Assembly (NCBI RefSeq): GCF_018350175.1
Contig: NC_058382.1
Coordinates: forward strand, 17,484,001-17,548,000
Source: Felis catus
Lineage: Eukaryota
Reading direction: 5' to 3'
DNA length: 64,000 nt
Shown here piece after piece: positions 28,843-40,604 of this stretch. The position numbers and the translations under genes were made by a program. Every line of letters begins with the position of its first letter. Positions within the stretch are counted from its first letter, which is position 1. A model generated the notes under the pieces. It saw nothing but the letters and a program-made list of their open reading frames with translations, ran no database searches and had not been told where the DNA came from.

Positions 28843-30704
28843 GATACTGGGTGTTTGAAAATTCAGAATTTGGGATGCAGTCCTGGTGCCTGGGCAGCCC
28901 CCTCCACAGATCTCTTTGCTTTGAGTGTACAACACAGAACTGAATCAGCTCATCTTGGATTGGGGTCCCCCAGGCCCCGAGGCAAAGATTCAAGCACAAG
29001 TAGTTTATTAGGGAGGTGACCCCTAGGCAGACTGATAGGGGAGTGGGAAAGTGAGCCAGGGAAGGGAGTTAATGAGTTGGTTGCTGCTCTGGGCATCTGG
29101 GGCACCATCCCACTAGGGACCTCTGCGAGACTGTGTGGGACACACTCAAAGTTGGTCCACCAAAAGGGTGAAGAAGTTGTGCCATTTATGTACCAGCTTC
29201 CATCTCTCATTGGTTAAGGACTGTTCCTGGAGATGTTAACTCCCCACCACTTCCAGTCTCTTCTGCCTGTCAAGGCTCCTCAGGCAAAGAGGCACAGGTG
29301 CATCCGTACAGGTTCTCCGTTCAAACATTGTACATGGCGGGCTCCCAGGCTGGGCCATCCCTGGTGTAGGATTATGAAACCCCCCTTCCCCAGGGTCCTG
29401 ATGACACCAAGCTGAATTGTCAGGGCTCAGTCCTGTAGTCTAATCCCCAGCCTCAGGTGTCGAAGCTCATCTTCTCCTCAGAGTTTATGCTATCAGGACA
29501 AGAGGTAGAACAGGACTAGACTCAAGAACAGAGGCAGAACCCTTGCTAGGCTCCTGGATGTACACTAAACACACATCCCTTCCTTAATGCTCACAACCAC
29601 CCAATGGTGTGTCCCCACTTAACAGAATGGAAGCTGAGGCTATAAAGGGGAAGCCCTGGCCCGAGGCCACACAGGGAACAAGAGGCTGAAGCCCAATTCC
29701 CAGTGATTTAAGTGGAATGGGAACTGATTTGGGGGGGATAACTGAAAAGTTCAGGCTGCAAGGACAGCTGGATCCGGGGGCACAAATGAGATCTCTCCCA
29801 GTTCTTTCCTCTGGTTTGGCTTCACTCTTACCTAGCAGTAGCCAGAGTGCCCCTCAAAACCTCTAAGCATACATCCCACCAATTCAGCAGCCAACAGGAC
29901 AATCACTCTTCCCTTACAGCCCAAAGCTGGCTCCCCTGGCCCGTGTCACCTGCTTTCCTGGGGGCTGCTGTCAGCCCTCCCTGAATCATATGCGCTGAAA
30001 ATGGGGGAGAAGTGAGTCTCCAAAGAAAACCAAGGAGCTGTCCAGAAGGGGGAATGGACACTGAGGGAGAGGGGCAGGAAGCAGCAGATTCTGGAAAAAC
30101 CAGAACACAAACCTGACCTGTTTTCACATCAAGTGCATATTGTCCACACCAAGACGCTGTCCCCAACCAAGAAAAGGCATGGTCTCCCTGGCGTCACCAT
30201 AAATAGGGCCAGCAGAGTCTTGGCAATTCTGACCCAACTGACCAAGTAATGGGACAAATCTGTACCACTCATTCATTCATTCAAAACTGAGTGTCTGCTT
30301 TGAGTCAGTTCCTGGTCAAAGAGCAGGACCAGGGCAGTGAACAAAACAGGTGAAAATTCTTGTCCCCATGGGGCCAACATTCTATAGGGGAGATCAACAG
30401 TAAATAAAATCTGTAATAAATAATAATACTAAATAATAATAATAAATTAATTTTAAAAACTAGGTAAAATCTGTAATAGGTCAGTTGGTGATTAAGTGCT
30501 AAGGAGAAAACTAAAGCAGCCAAAGGGAAAGGGGGTACAATTTAATTAGGGTGGTTGAGGAAGGCATCAGGGAGATAATTATGTCATTATGTTGTAATTA
30601 AGTGATTAGAGCAAATTGTAGTGAGGAAACAAGCCACAGGACTCCTAGAGTAATGCTGTCCAAGACAGATGTAACATGAGGCACAAATACAATTTTATTT
30701 TATT

Positions 30705-31028
30705 ATTATTTTTTACAGGAGATATGTTTATTGAATACACTGCAAGGGAGCAGCGGCCAGGACAGCAAAGGAGAGACTGTCTGCCATGAGGCGGTGGTGA
30801 GGGACTATAGTTACAGGGCGGAGTGATGAAGTATGGCGACATAAGGAAGTTTCCTTTTTTTGGTAACTGTGCCTGGTTGAGGGAAGCCCATTGGTCAGTT
30901 AGGGCCTATGATTATTTCTAGGCAGGTCACTTAATGAGACTGCATTCAGTTTGGTGGTCACTGTGGGCCCTTTTGCTTCACTCAAGTTTCCACTGCTCAA
31001 GCCTGTTGCCTAAAAAGTGGCCTCAACA
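30705..31028 (-). mobile_element. Probable ERV solo-LTR fragment
   Basis: The minus strand begins TGTTGAGG and carries AATAAA near its other end; composition differs from the AT-rich flanks. Confidence 0.4.
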
Positions 31029-31384
31029 TTCCCTCCTGACATATCGACAATGATAAATCTTTGGCATTTGGGCAGAGGTCTCATCCTCAGTAGCTGCTTT
31101 AATTTTAAACTTTCTAATAGTCAACAGCAGAAACAGGTAAAATTAATTTTAATAATTGAGTTTTTACTGTTTAACCTTATAGACCCAAAATACTATCATT
31201 ATAATATGTAACCAATATAGTAATAATGTAATATTTTATAATTCTTTTTTCTTACAAAGTCTTTGAAATCTGGTAATGCTACCAAAACAATAAAATTGTG
31301 TTTAATGGAAAAAACATTTTACACTGCTCGTTTTTACATTTCAATTATTTAAAATTTATACAATTTTTATCCTTATTATTTAAA

Positions 31385-31592
31385 AATTTTTTTAATGTTT
31401 ATTTATTTTTGAGAGAGAGACAGAGCACAAGCAGGGGAGGGGCAGAGAGGGAGGGAGACACAGAATCCAAAGCAGGCTCCAGGCTCTGAGCTGTCAGCAC
31501 AGATCCCAACATGGGGCTCGAACTCACAAACTGTGAGATCATGACCTGAGCCAAAGTCAGATGCTCAACCAACTGAGCCACACAGGTGCCCC
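31385..31592 (-). mobile_element. Can-SINE
   Basis: Reverse SINE consensus. Confidence 0.85.
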
Positions 31593-32569
31593 AAAATTTA
31601 TTTAAAAAATTTTAAAACTCCCTAGTCCCTAATCACATTTCAAATGCTCAAGCCCCAGGTTGCTCTCAGTTATCATAATAGGTAGAGGGGGAAAGTGCAA
31701 AGGCCCAGAGACAGAAGTGTGTCTGGCATGTGGGAAGGCCAGTGTGTTTGGAACATGAGTGGTGGAGGGGAGCGTGGGAGAAGGTGAGGTGAGAGAAGTG
31801 ACAGGGCCAGATCAGGTGACATCTTGTGGATCACAGAGAGGACTTCTGATGTGAGTTAGGCTGGGGACCACTGGAGTTTGTTTTCCCAACTTCAATTCTG
31901 ATACTTTTTGAACTTGTACAAAAAGAGAAGGGACAGCATTACAAGTCCTCATGGGCTCATCACCAGCTCCACTTATTATCAACTCAGAGCCAATCCTCCC
32001 AGGCACCCACTCCCCTCTCTCTAGATTACTTTGAAGCCAATTCTAGACATCATATCCTTTTACTCACGAGCGATTCATGGAGTACTGCCAGATCAGGATT
32101 GTTTTAAAATCAAATCACAATACTTTTACTGCTGTAAAGAAAACCCTAGTCATTCTTCCACATAATTCATATCCAGAATTGTCCAGTACTGTATGAGGGA
32201 GGAAGCTGAGCAAGAGTGGTGGTAACACAAGATGCCTGGCTGGCTCAGTTGGTAGAGCGTGCAACTCTTGAGGGGTATTGAACTCGAGCCCCACATTGAG
32301 TGTAAAGACTACTCAAAAATAAAGTCTTAAAAAAAAAAAATTATGGTGGTAACTTGCTGGTGTGGCTAGTGGCTCCTCATCAGGTACTGTGAGTTTCCCA
32401 CGCTTCCCTAAGGCCACACTAGGTCACTTCACGTGCCTGGTCACTGGCTCGGCCCCTTGGGACAGCTGAGTGTGTGACCCAAGACAAGAACATATTCTAG
32501 TGAACTGTCGTTCCCAATAGAATGGAGATCAGAATCTGTAAGGGGAACCAGATATTATTTCACAAAAGC

Positions 32570-32740
32570 CACCTGTGTGGCTCAGTCGGTTAAGCATCTG
32601 ACTTTGGCTCAGGTCACGATCTCATGGCTTGTGAGTTAGAGCCCTGCATCAGGCTCTATGCTGATAGCTCAGAGCCTAGAGTCTGCTTCAGATTCTGTCT
32701 CTCTCTCTCTCTCTCTCTCTCAAAAATAAGCAATTAAAAA
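32570..32740 (+). mobile_element. Can-SINE
   Basis: GGCTCAGTCGGTTAAGCATCTGACT head, (CT)n, A tail. Confidence 0.8.
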
Positions 32741-33164
32741 AATTTTTAAAAGGTAAAAAATCCAGAAATGTAATTGTAATTGATTGCTAGATCTGTGAAG
32801 CTACACCTTTAAACTATGCATAAGAGATCTATAAAGTCTCAAAATAACAGGCTTTACTGTTTTCAAATCTGCTGTAAAAATGTGCCCTGTGTGTAAAGAT
32901 CTCTGGTGCCCAAATGTAAATGATCATTGGCCTTTGTGTTCATGTAACTTTTTGTTTCAAATTACTGAAAAGTTTTAAGACTAGCACATCAAACTCCCAT
33001 ATACCCTTCACCCAGATTCACGGCTAACATTTTACCCCATGTGCTTCACCATTTACACTCTTGCTAGTATATTTATGTATGTGCATATATTTTGGAACAT
33101 TTTGAAAGCACACTGTAGACATGATTGATACTCTTTACTCCTAAATACTTTGGTGTATAGTTCT

Positions 33165-33351
33165 TTTTAATTTTTATTTTTTTTAATTTGAGAGAGAGCA
33201 CAGCTGAGGAGAGGGGCAGAGGGAGAGAGAGAATCTTAAGCAGGCTCCATGATCAACATGGGCCCCCAACTTAGGGCCTGATTGCATGACCCTGGATCTG
33301 ACCTGAGCTGAAGTCCAGAGCTGGACACTCAACCAACTCACCCAGGCACCC
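33165..33351 (-). mobile_element. Can-SINE (older)
   Basis: Reverse SINE flanked by TGGTGTATAGTTCTT direct repeats. Confidence 0.8.
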
Positions 33352-34938
33352 CTGGTGTATAGTTCTTAGGAACAAGAGCATTCTCTTACACTAGTGTAGT
33401 TATCAGAATCAGGAAATTTAGCCACTCCATTCAATTCTGTTATTAATCCACAATACATACTCCAAATTACCCCAAGCCCCATAAGTCCTTTATCGCAATT
33501 TTCTTAGACCAGGAGGTTCCTGTTTGACAGGGCTAAGGGATTGAGAAGCATTGACCCTGGGCCTTAGCAGAGTAAAAAAAAAAACACAGCACAAACACAG
33601 AGAGTATCAACCATGTGTAAACATTGGCACACTCTGAGTCAAAGGCTTGGGGGAGGTTTATTTGGGATATGATCCCAGGAGACAGGAGTTAGGGAGTGGG
33701 GAGAGTGAGACAGGCCAGGGGATATGCCAGAAAAGGTGCTCATGAAATGGTAACTGCTGTGGGTGACTGGGGCTCAGTCCCACAGGGGGCCTCTGAGGAA
33801 CCTTGGGGAATAGACCTGCACTTGTCTCATCAGACAACAGGCAGGCTGGAGCACTCATCCACTGACTGCTGTCCCCCCAGGCTAAGGATTGCTCCCAAGC
33901 GCATTAACCCACATTCTGTAACTCCCAGAAAGCCCTCATGCAAAGGAGCAGACACAGGAGCTCACAGCAGGAAGCCTCCTCTTCTTTAGCTCCACGTGGA
34001 CTCAAGTAGGCGAGAGGGTCACAGAATTGGGACATCATCTGGTGCCACACCATGTATTTAATTCACTCTATTATAACTGCCACATGAGGAAGGCCCTATT
34101 ATGATGCCCATTTCACAGATAAGGGTACTGAGGCACGAAGAGGTTAAATCAGAGGTCCATGATCATGTAATTAGTAGTACATGTTGGAGCTGGGATCCAA
34201 ATGAAAGCATTCCAGTTCCAGAGTCCATGCTCTCAATCACCACTGACCTACAACTGCCTCCCTCACATCAGGCACTCCCCTCCCTCACTCCCTCTACCAC
34301 ACAGATTCTGTTCATCTGTAGTACCTGGGTAGAACATCTCCCCTCCTGACCCAGGTCACCCAGCCCCAGTGGGAACTTGCTCACTGCCTGCAGCCCTGCC
34401 AGAAGCTCCCATCCTGGAGCTTCTTAGGGCTCAAGATCTTGGATCCAGGAGTGAGCAAGAGGGAGAGGTGAGTGATGCGGGAGAGATGTAATGGACAGAG
34501 ATATGGGAGGAGGTACGCCTGGGGCCTATGGGTCTACCTCTCCTCCCCAACACCTGGTCCTTGCTGACCAAAGTCCTAGCTTGTAGCTGAGGCTGGACTC
34601 TTCAGCCAGGTTTGAGGTCCCCAGTACTGCCTCAGGGGTTTCCAGGCAGGCCTCCTGAGCTCCACCATTTTCTCTCTTACCTCCCTACCTTCTATTAAGG
34701 AGTCAACTGGGGTTTCTTTGGGGTCAAACCACAGTGGGTCAATGGATCTGGCCAGGGGCATGAACTAGGCTGCTTCAACCAATCTGCTAGTCCAGAGGGC
34801 TCCAGAGAAGAACAGATAGCTCCCCATACCTCCCCCTCCCAGAGGGTCACTTCTTGGTTTGTGAGGGCCTTTAAAAAAAAATCCCCAAATACATGAACTC
34901 TTTAAGACCACCAAGAGGGAAGTAATCACATCTCCAAT

Positions 34939-34944
34939 TTTATT
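34939..34944 (-). terminator. Probable SDHAF1 polyadenylation signal
   Basis: TTTATT on + (AATAAA on -) ~620 nt downstream of the SDHAF1 stop. Confidence 0.55.
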
Positions 34945-35566
34945 CCTTTTGTTCAACAGTCCTGGGAGAAGGGCCCAGGAGTCAGGGTTTCCCCTCAGAA
35001 CCATCAAGTATAGGTCTTGACGGGTCTTCAGTTGATCAGATGGGGTTAGATACCCCAGCCCCTTCCCCACAGGTCCTAGTCTGCCACAATTAACGGGAAG
35101 AAAGTTTCCCAAAGGGGATTCGGGGCTTCTCACCATCCATCAGGGTATCTTCCCAAAATTCTCAGCAAAAAGTCTGCTCTTCTCAGAGTTAAATACAGGA
35201 GAGGGAAGCCAGAGGTAAATAGAAAGGTGTCTTTTTCCGTCCGACGGCAGGCGTCTTGGTTCCCCATGCTTTAGGGTAAGGAGCTCTCAGCTTGACACAG
35301 TTCAGCCAGCCGGCAACCAAGCCACTCCAAACCCTCATGAGAGTTCGACCCGTTATCATGGATCGTGCAGTGCAAGGTCGGTCATCTCTCACCATCTATC
35401 ACGGGGGTCGCTGGCACCCCACGTCGCTAGGAGGGCTCTCCGATTCCCCAATCCATTGAGCTGGTCTTAAGACCTTTCTCGTTTCATCAGGCAGGTTCCC
35501 TAGTCCCCCCACACAGTCAGGCGGGCCCCCGGTTCCCCTGCGCTATCGGGTAAGCTCCTCGTCCTG

Positions 35567-35923
35567 TCACCGTCCATTGGGGGGTGTCTCCGGTGACCTC
35601 ATTCCGTCAAGAGGATTCCTCGGACCATCGCCATTGTCAGGCTGCGTCCCTGGCGCCCCCGCGCCGCTGGACTCCTGGGTTGGACTCCGCTGACGCACGA
35701 ACGCACCCATAGCAGTGGCGTGGCCCGACCGTAGCAGCTGCAGCTGGCGCCGCCCGCGGCGGTACAGGTACTCGATACGCAGCACGTCGGAGCGTGGCAG
35801 GCAAGCATGCTGCCGGAACTCTGCCCGCACCCGCGCCTCGGCGCCAGGCTTCCCGCGCCCGGCGCGCAGAAGCTCGCGGTACAAGCTCAGAATTTGCCTC
35901 TGCAGCCGGCTGGGCCGGCTCAT
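35567..35923 (-). CDS. SDHAF1: Succinate dehydrogenase assembly factor 1 (LYR-motif protein), single exon, 118 aa
   Basis: [42 protein letters not shown] (two LYR motifs); ATG in GCGGCCATGA context. Confidence 0.97.
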   Translation of the reverse strand: MSRPSRLQRQILSLYRELLRAGRGKPGAEARVRAEFRQHACLPRSDVLRIEYLYRRGRRQLQLLRSGHATAMGAFVRQRSPTQESSGAGAPGTQPDNGDGPRNPLDGMRSPETPPNGR

Positions 35924-36009
35924 GGCCGCAGCTGGGCCCAGGGCGCACGCAGGTAATGCCCGAAGAACAGTGGCGCAGCAGCACCTTTGCGAGATACGGC
36001 AGTGCAAGG

Positions 36010-36135
36010 CAACAGGCACTTCCGGCCCGCGCGCTTCAAAACTTCCGCTTCCTGCCTTGGCTAGCTGGCGCCGTCGAGCCGGATTGGCTGTCGATGCAGT
36101 TACGTCACAATATTGTGGGTCAGGGGCGGAGCTGC
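36010..36135 (-). promoter_or_regulatory. SDHAF1 CpG-island promoter
   Basis: Two ETS/GABP sites (CACTTCCGG 36017-36025, ACTTCCG 36041-36047), CCAAT box (36082-36087), CRE-like TTACGTCA 36100-36107, GC box 36123-36129. Confidence 0.7.
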
Positions 36136-36378
36136 AGGTTCCCCCGCCTGCCCCAGAGGGAATTTGTGTCCTTGAGGGGAATGCAGTTCTAGGGACCCGA
36201 AGGAGGAGGGAGCTAGGTGCTCGGACTCAGGTTTTGGGTCGGAAGGGGTCAGGGTCCCGACCTAACTCCTGAGTCTTGGGAAACGAGAACTATAGGTTGG
36301 GACCTTTTGTGTTCCCCAGGGCGCGGGGGCACTGGGAAGTAGAAGATATAGGCACAAGCAGGTTTTGGTCATAAATTA

Positions 36379-36384
36379 TTTATT
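36379..36384 (-). terminator. Polyadenylation signal of the FCGBP-like gene
   Basis: TTTATT on + in an isolated AT-rich patch 120 nt past the predicted stop. Confidence 0.7.
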
Positions 36385-36503
36385 AAAACAGTCTCAGGAA
36401 GGTCCGTGGGTTCCCATCCCCAGGGCAGGTGTGCGTCGAGGGTGGGGGAGTGGGGGGGGGGGGTGGACGAGTCCCAGCCCTGGGCACACGCGGAGGTACG
36501 GCG

Positions 36504-39178
36504 TCAGACGGTGAAGTGTTGGGTCACGGCTGGAATAACAAGCTTCTCCGTGCTGTGGGAAGACCATCAGAGAGAGGGTATGGGCTCCAAGTCCCCAAAG
36601 GCAGCCTGTGGCGCAGGGAGTTGCGCTGGTCGCGCCCTCTGCCGAGAGAAGTCAGGTCCCCGGGCAGGAGAAGGTAAAGTTCTCACCAGTTGTTGAAGCC
36701 CCGAACCCGGCACGCGTGGAACACGTCGACTAGGCTGGCATCCCGGAGTCCTCCTGGGAGTATCAGGTCGTCGGCTGCAATTCCGTTGTAGTTCCCGCAG
36801 GCTGCCCGGAGGCGTCCTCGTAGCGCAGGGGAGGCCCGTAGGGACACAGCCCCCTCGGGCCCCACCAGCACCCGCAGCATGGGGGACCGCTCGATAACAA
36901 CTCGGGAGCCCTCAGCCCAGCGTACGACCACGCCCCTGCACACTTGCGCCGGGAGGCTGGCGGGTTGTCCATTCACCTGCAGAGAGGAGGCGAGTGAAGG
37001 GCGGGGATTAGGGCCCGAATCCGGAGGCGGGGCTCTGAAACTACTGTGAATCCTGCTGGGTGTCTCTATCAAAATGGCATACCCAGGTCTTTGCTAGAGG
37101 AAAAAGGTCTGGTATTTGCTTTCAAATCCTCCAGCACGAACAAAGCAGAGTGGGAGGAAAAGATGAAAGCAAAAATGGCAAAACATTTGTAACTGTAAGA
37201 GTTTCATGACACACCATTCTCTCTTCTTTTGTGATGCTTGAATTTTTCCATAATAAACTCTTTCCTAAAAGGGAGCTTTAGAGAACAAAGTCTCTAGAAC
37301 CAGTTGCATTTCTCTCACCTGTGTCTTCATAATCTAATAACCGTTTACACATACTCTGTGCCAGGCACTATTCCAAGTGCTTTAATATTTGGTTATTTAT
37401 TTTATAAGATAATGTATGACAGTATATTGCATTATGTAATGTAATTGGTATTTTAATATACTGTCACCTAACTTAATTATGTAATTAATGATATTAAATT
37501 TATAAATGATACTAAATCCCCACCAACACTCTGACAGGGTAGATCAGTACTGTATGCCTAGGTGCCTCTTGCCTTTTACTGATTAGGAAACTGAGGCCCA
37601 GAGAAGTAACATAGCTTGCCCAGGTTCACATAGCTGGTAAGTGGCAGAGCCAATTTTGAACCAAAGGGGTGTGATTTCATGACCTGTGTTCTTGACCATT
37701 CTGTTATATATATTGCCTCTCCATTAATAATATAAAAGTGACCACAAGAGCAATCACAGCTTTTTTTTTTTTTAACGTTTACTTATTTTTGAGAGACAGA
37801 GACAGCATGAGCAGGGGAGGAGCAGAGAGAGGGAGACACAGAATCCATCCGAAGCAGTCCCCAGGCTCAGACCTGTACACACAGAGCCTGACACAGGGCT
37901 CGAACTCATGAACTGTGAAATCATGACCTGAACCAAAGTAGGATGTTTAACTGAGCCACCCAGGCACCTGCAATCACAGTTTAAAAATTTTTTGTTTATT
38001 TACTTTTTTAATGTTTATATTTGAGAGAGAGAGAGAGAGAGAACTGGGGAGGGGCAGAGGGGGAGGGAGAGAGAGAATCCCAAGCAGGCTCCTTGCTGTC
38101 GGCGCAGAGCCCTACGTGGGGCTCAGTTCCACAAACTGTGAGATCATGACCTGAGCCGAAATCAAGAGTCAGATGCTTAACCAACTGAGCCACCCAGGCG
38201 CCCCTTAAGTTTATTTACTTTTAAGTACTCTGTACACTCAACATGGGGCTCAACTCACAACCCCAAGGTCAAGTCTTAAGCTCTTCCAACGGAGTCAGCC
38301 AGGCGCCCCAAGAGCTTCTATTTACTGAGCACTTCATATATGCCACACACTCTGCACGAATCCTCACAGCTACCCTATGTGGTACTGTTCTAATCACCAC
38401 TTTTTGTGGTTGAGCTGGGTTGTGGCAGAATCCTAGCTGCTCTCTTGCTGGACCATCCTCCCACTCTTACCAGTAGCCTCCTTCTATTTCTCAACATGGG
38501 GTTTCAGGTTTGTTTCCCTCTTACTTATAAACAGTATCCATTTTGCCTGCCAGATTCCAGTTCTGCTGCTCTCTGTTTTCCACGTGTCTTGGGGGAGCCA
38601 GGTGCTCTCCACTCTGGCCTCTCTACCCACTGGATCTCCAACCTCTCCTTGTCTGGCTCCTTCCCATCAGCACTTAAACATCCCAGGGTTTTTCCCATCA
38701 CAAAATCGTAATGGTAAACCAGTTTTAAAAGGCCTCTGCCTCTTCCTGGCTTATCTCTACTCTCACGTGTTTGACAAGGGCAGTTTGTATGTACAACTTG
38801 TCAAGAGAGCTGTCTATTCCTGCTGTCTCCATTTCTCAAACCTGCAGTCCAGGAGCTGTCCCCCTGCTGTGATTTCTTAAGTCACTAACAACCTCCCTGG
38901 CCCTAAGTCCAAAGACATTTAGTGGGCTATTTTAAACTCAACAGTTCATTTTCACCACTATTCCCCAAATATGCTCCCTCTGTTTTCCTGGCCTTGTTCT
39001 GTTCTCTTCCCAAGCTTAAAATCAGGTCTCAGCTCATTTGTCACCTTCTCCAGAAAGCCTTCACTGGTCTCCTAAACTGAGAGTATCTCCTCTGGGCTTC
39101 CACAGTCTACCTGTGGCTTCTCCCATTCCAGCCCTGATCACTCTACCTGGGCTACCTGGGCTTCCCCTATTAGAGCTC

Positions 39179-39221
<43 letters not shown>

Positions 39222-40549
39222 ATGACTACTCAGTCAGTAGTTCCCAGGAGTTGAGCAGCACTTGAGTCAATGTGGGGGATCAGTGGGTCCTGAGAAGTCC
39301 AGGGTGAAGTTTATATAGGGTCTAGAGAGGGTCATGGGAGAGCATGACAAGGACATTTAGCCAATGGAGGTCAATGTGAGAGCACAGTGATGGGAGAGTT
39401 CTATGTTAAAAGGGTATGGAATGCCAATGAGGGATCAAAAGGCCCCAGAGATCAGTGCCAGATTATAAAAAAGTCTTGGCTTTTACTGAGGAAGTCCCTT
39501 ACCCATATTTCCTGATTGGTTCCCACAGCTGCACAGCCATCCCTGAAGCCGATGATCACTCGTGGTTTGAGAGCAGTGCAGCTAGGACAGGGCAGGAAGT
39601 CAGCAATGACATGGAACCAGTCAGGATCCTGGGGCCTGGAACCCACCAATGTGGCTAGCTCATAGGCACAGGACATAACAGGAATGGGTGTGAGCCCACT
39701 GAAGCCATCAAAGGTGGTGAAGAGGCCCCCGGGCACTAGGCGACATGTAGCACCCTCCCTGGGCTCACACCACCGCACACCCCCATCCAGGATGCAGTCT
39801 GTGCCCTGTGGGCAGGAAAAGGGCTGGCACTGGAGGCCTTGACCATGCAAGCATATACAGCGTTCCTGGCAGCCAGGCAGGATCAGTGCCTCCCCAACCT
39901 GCAGAGAGAGAGAGACTCAAAATCAAATTCAAAAAACCTTATCAACAAACAGCTAAGCACATGTATAAAACATATCATGAAGGACTAAGTTCCTTAATAT
40001 ATAAAGAGTTCCTAGAAATAAAAAAGAAAAAGACCAATAAGTCAATATAAAAACATGAACAAAGCTATTCAGAAAGTTAATAGAAAAAGAAATATGTTTC
40101 TTAGGCATTTGAAAAGATGCTCAACCTCCTAACAAGACAAATACAAATTAAAAATCCATTGAGCTGTTTTTCTCTGAGATGGGCAAAAATAAAAAAAGTT
40201 TGATGAATTTCTCCAATTGTCCCCCAAATATCTATTAAGTGTTCTTTTTCAACTAGTATATAATCAAGCTTTGTGTACTGCGTTTGACTATTGTGGTTTT
40301 AAAGTCTGTTTCAATCTGGGACAATCCCTCTGCTTTTTTCACTGGTGTGTGAAAAACCTTAAGAGCTCTCTGCAAGTTCTGATGTGCGGCCAGTGTCAGT
40401 ACTAGTGTGGAGAGGACATGCAATGGCAGCTGTAGCAGCAGCTCTTATGCCCTGTTCCTCCCAGTGTGGGCATGTATTCATTCCTGGGGTTGGTTTGGGG
40501 TTTAAAGTTTATGTATTTATTTTGAGAGTGAGAGTGCAAGTGAGAAAGG

Positions 40550-40604
<55 letters not shown>

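Noticed and set aside
35924-36019. 32-codon N-terminal extension of SDHAF1 in the ORF track
   Set aside because: It begins at a non-ATG codon within the promoter; homology starts at MSRPSRL
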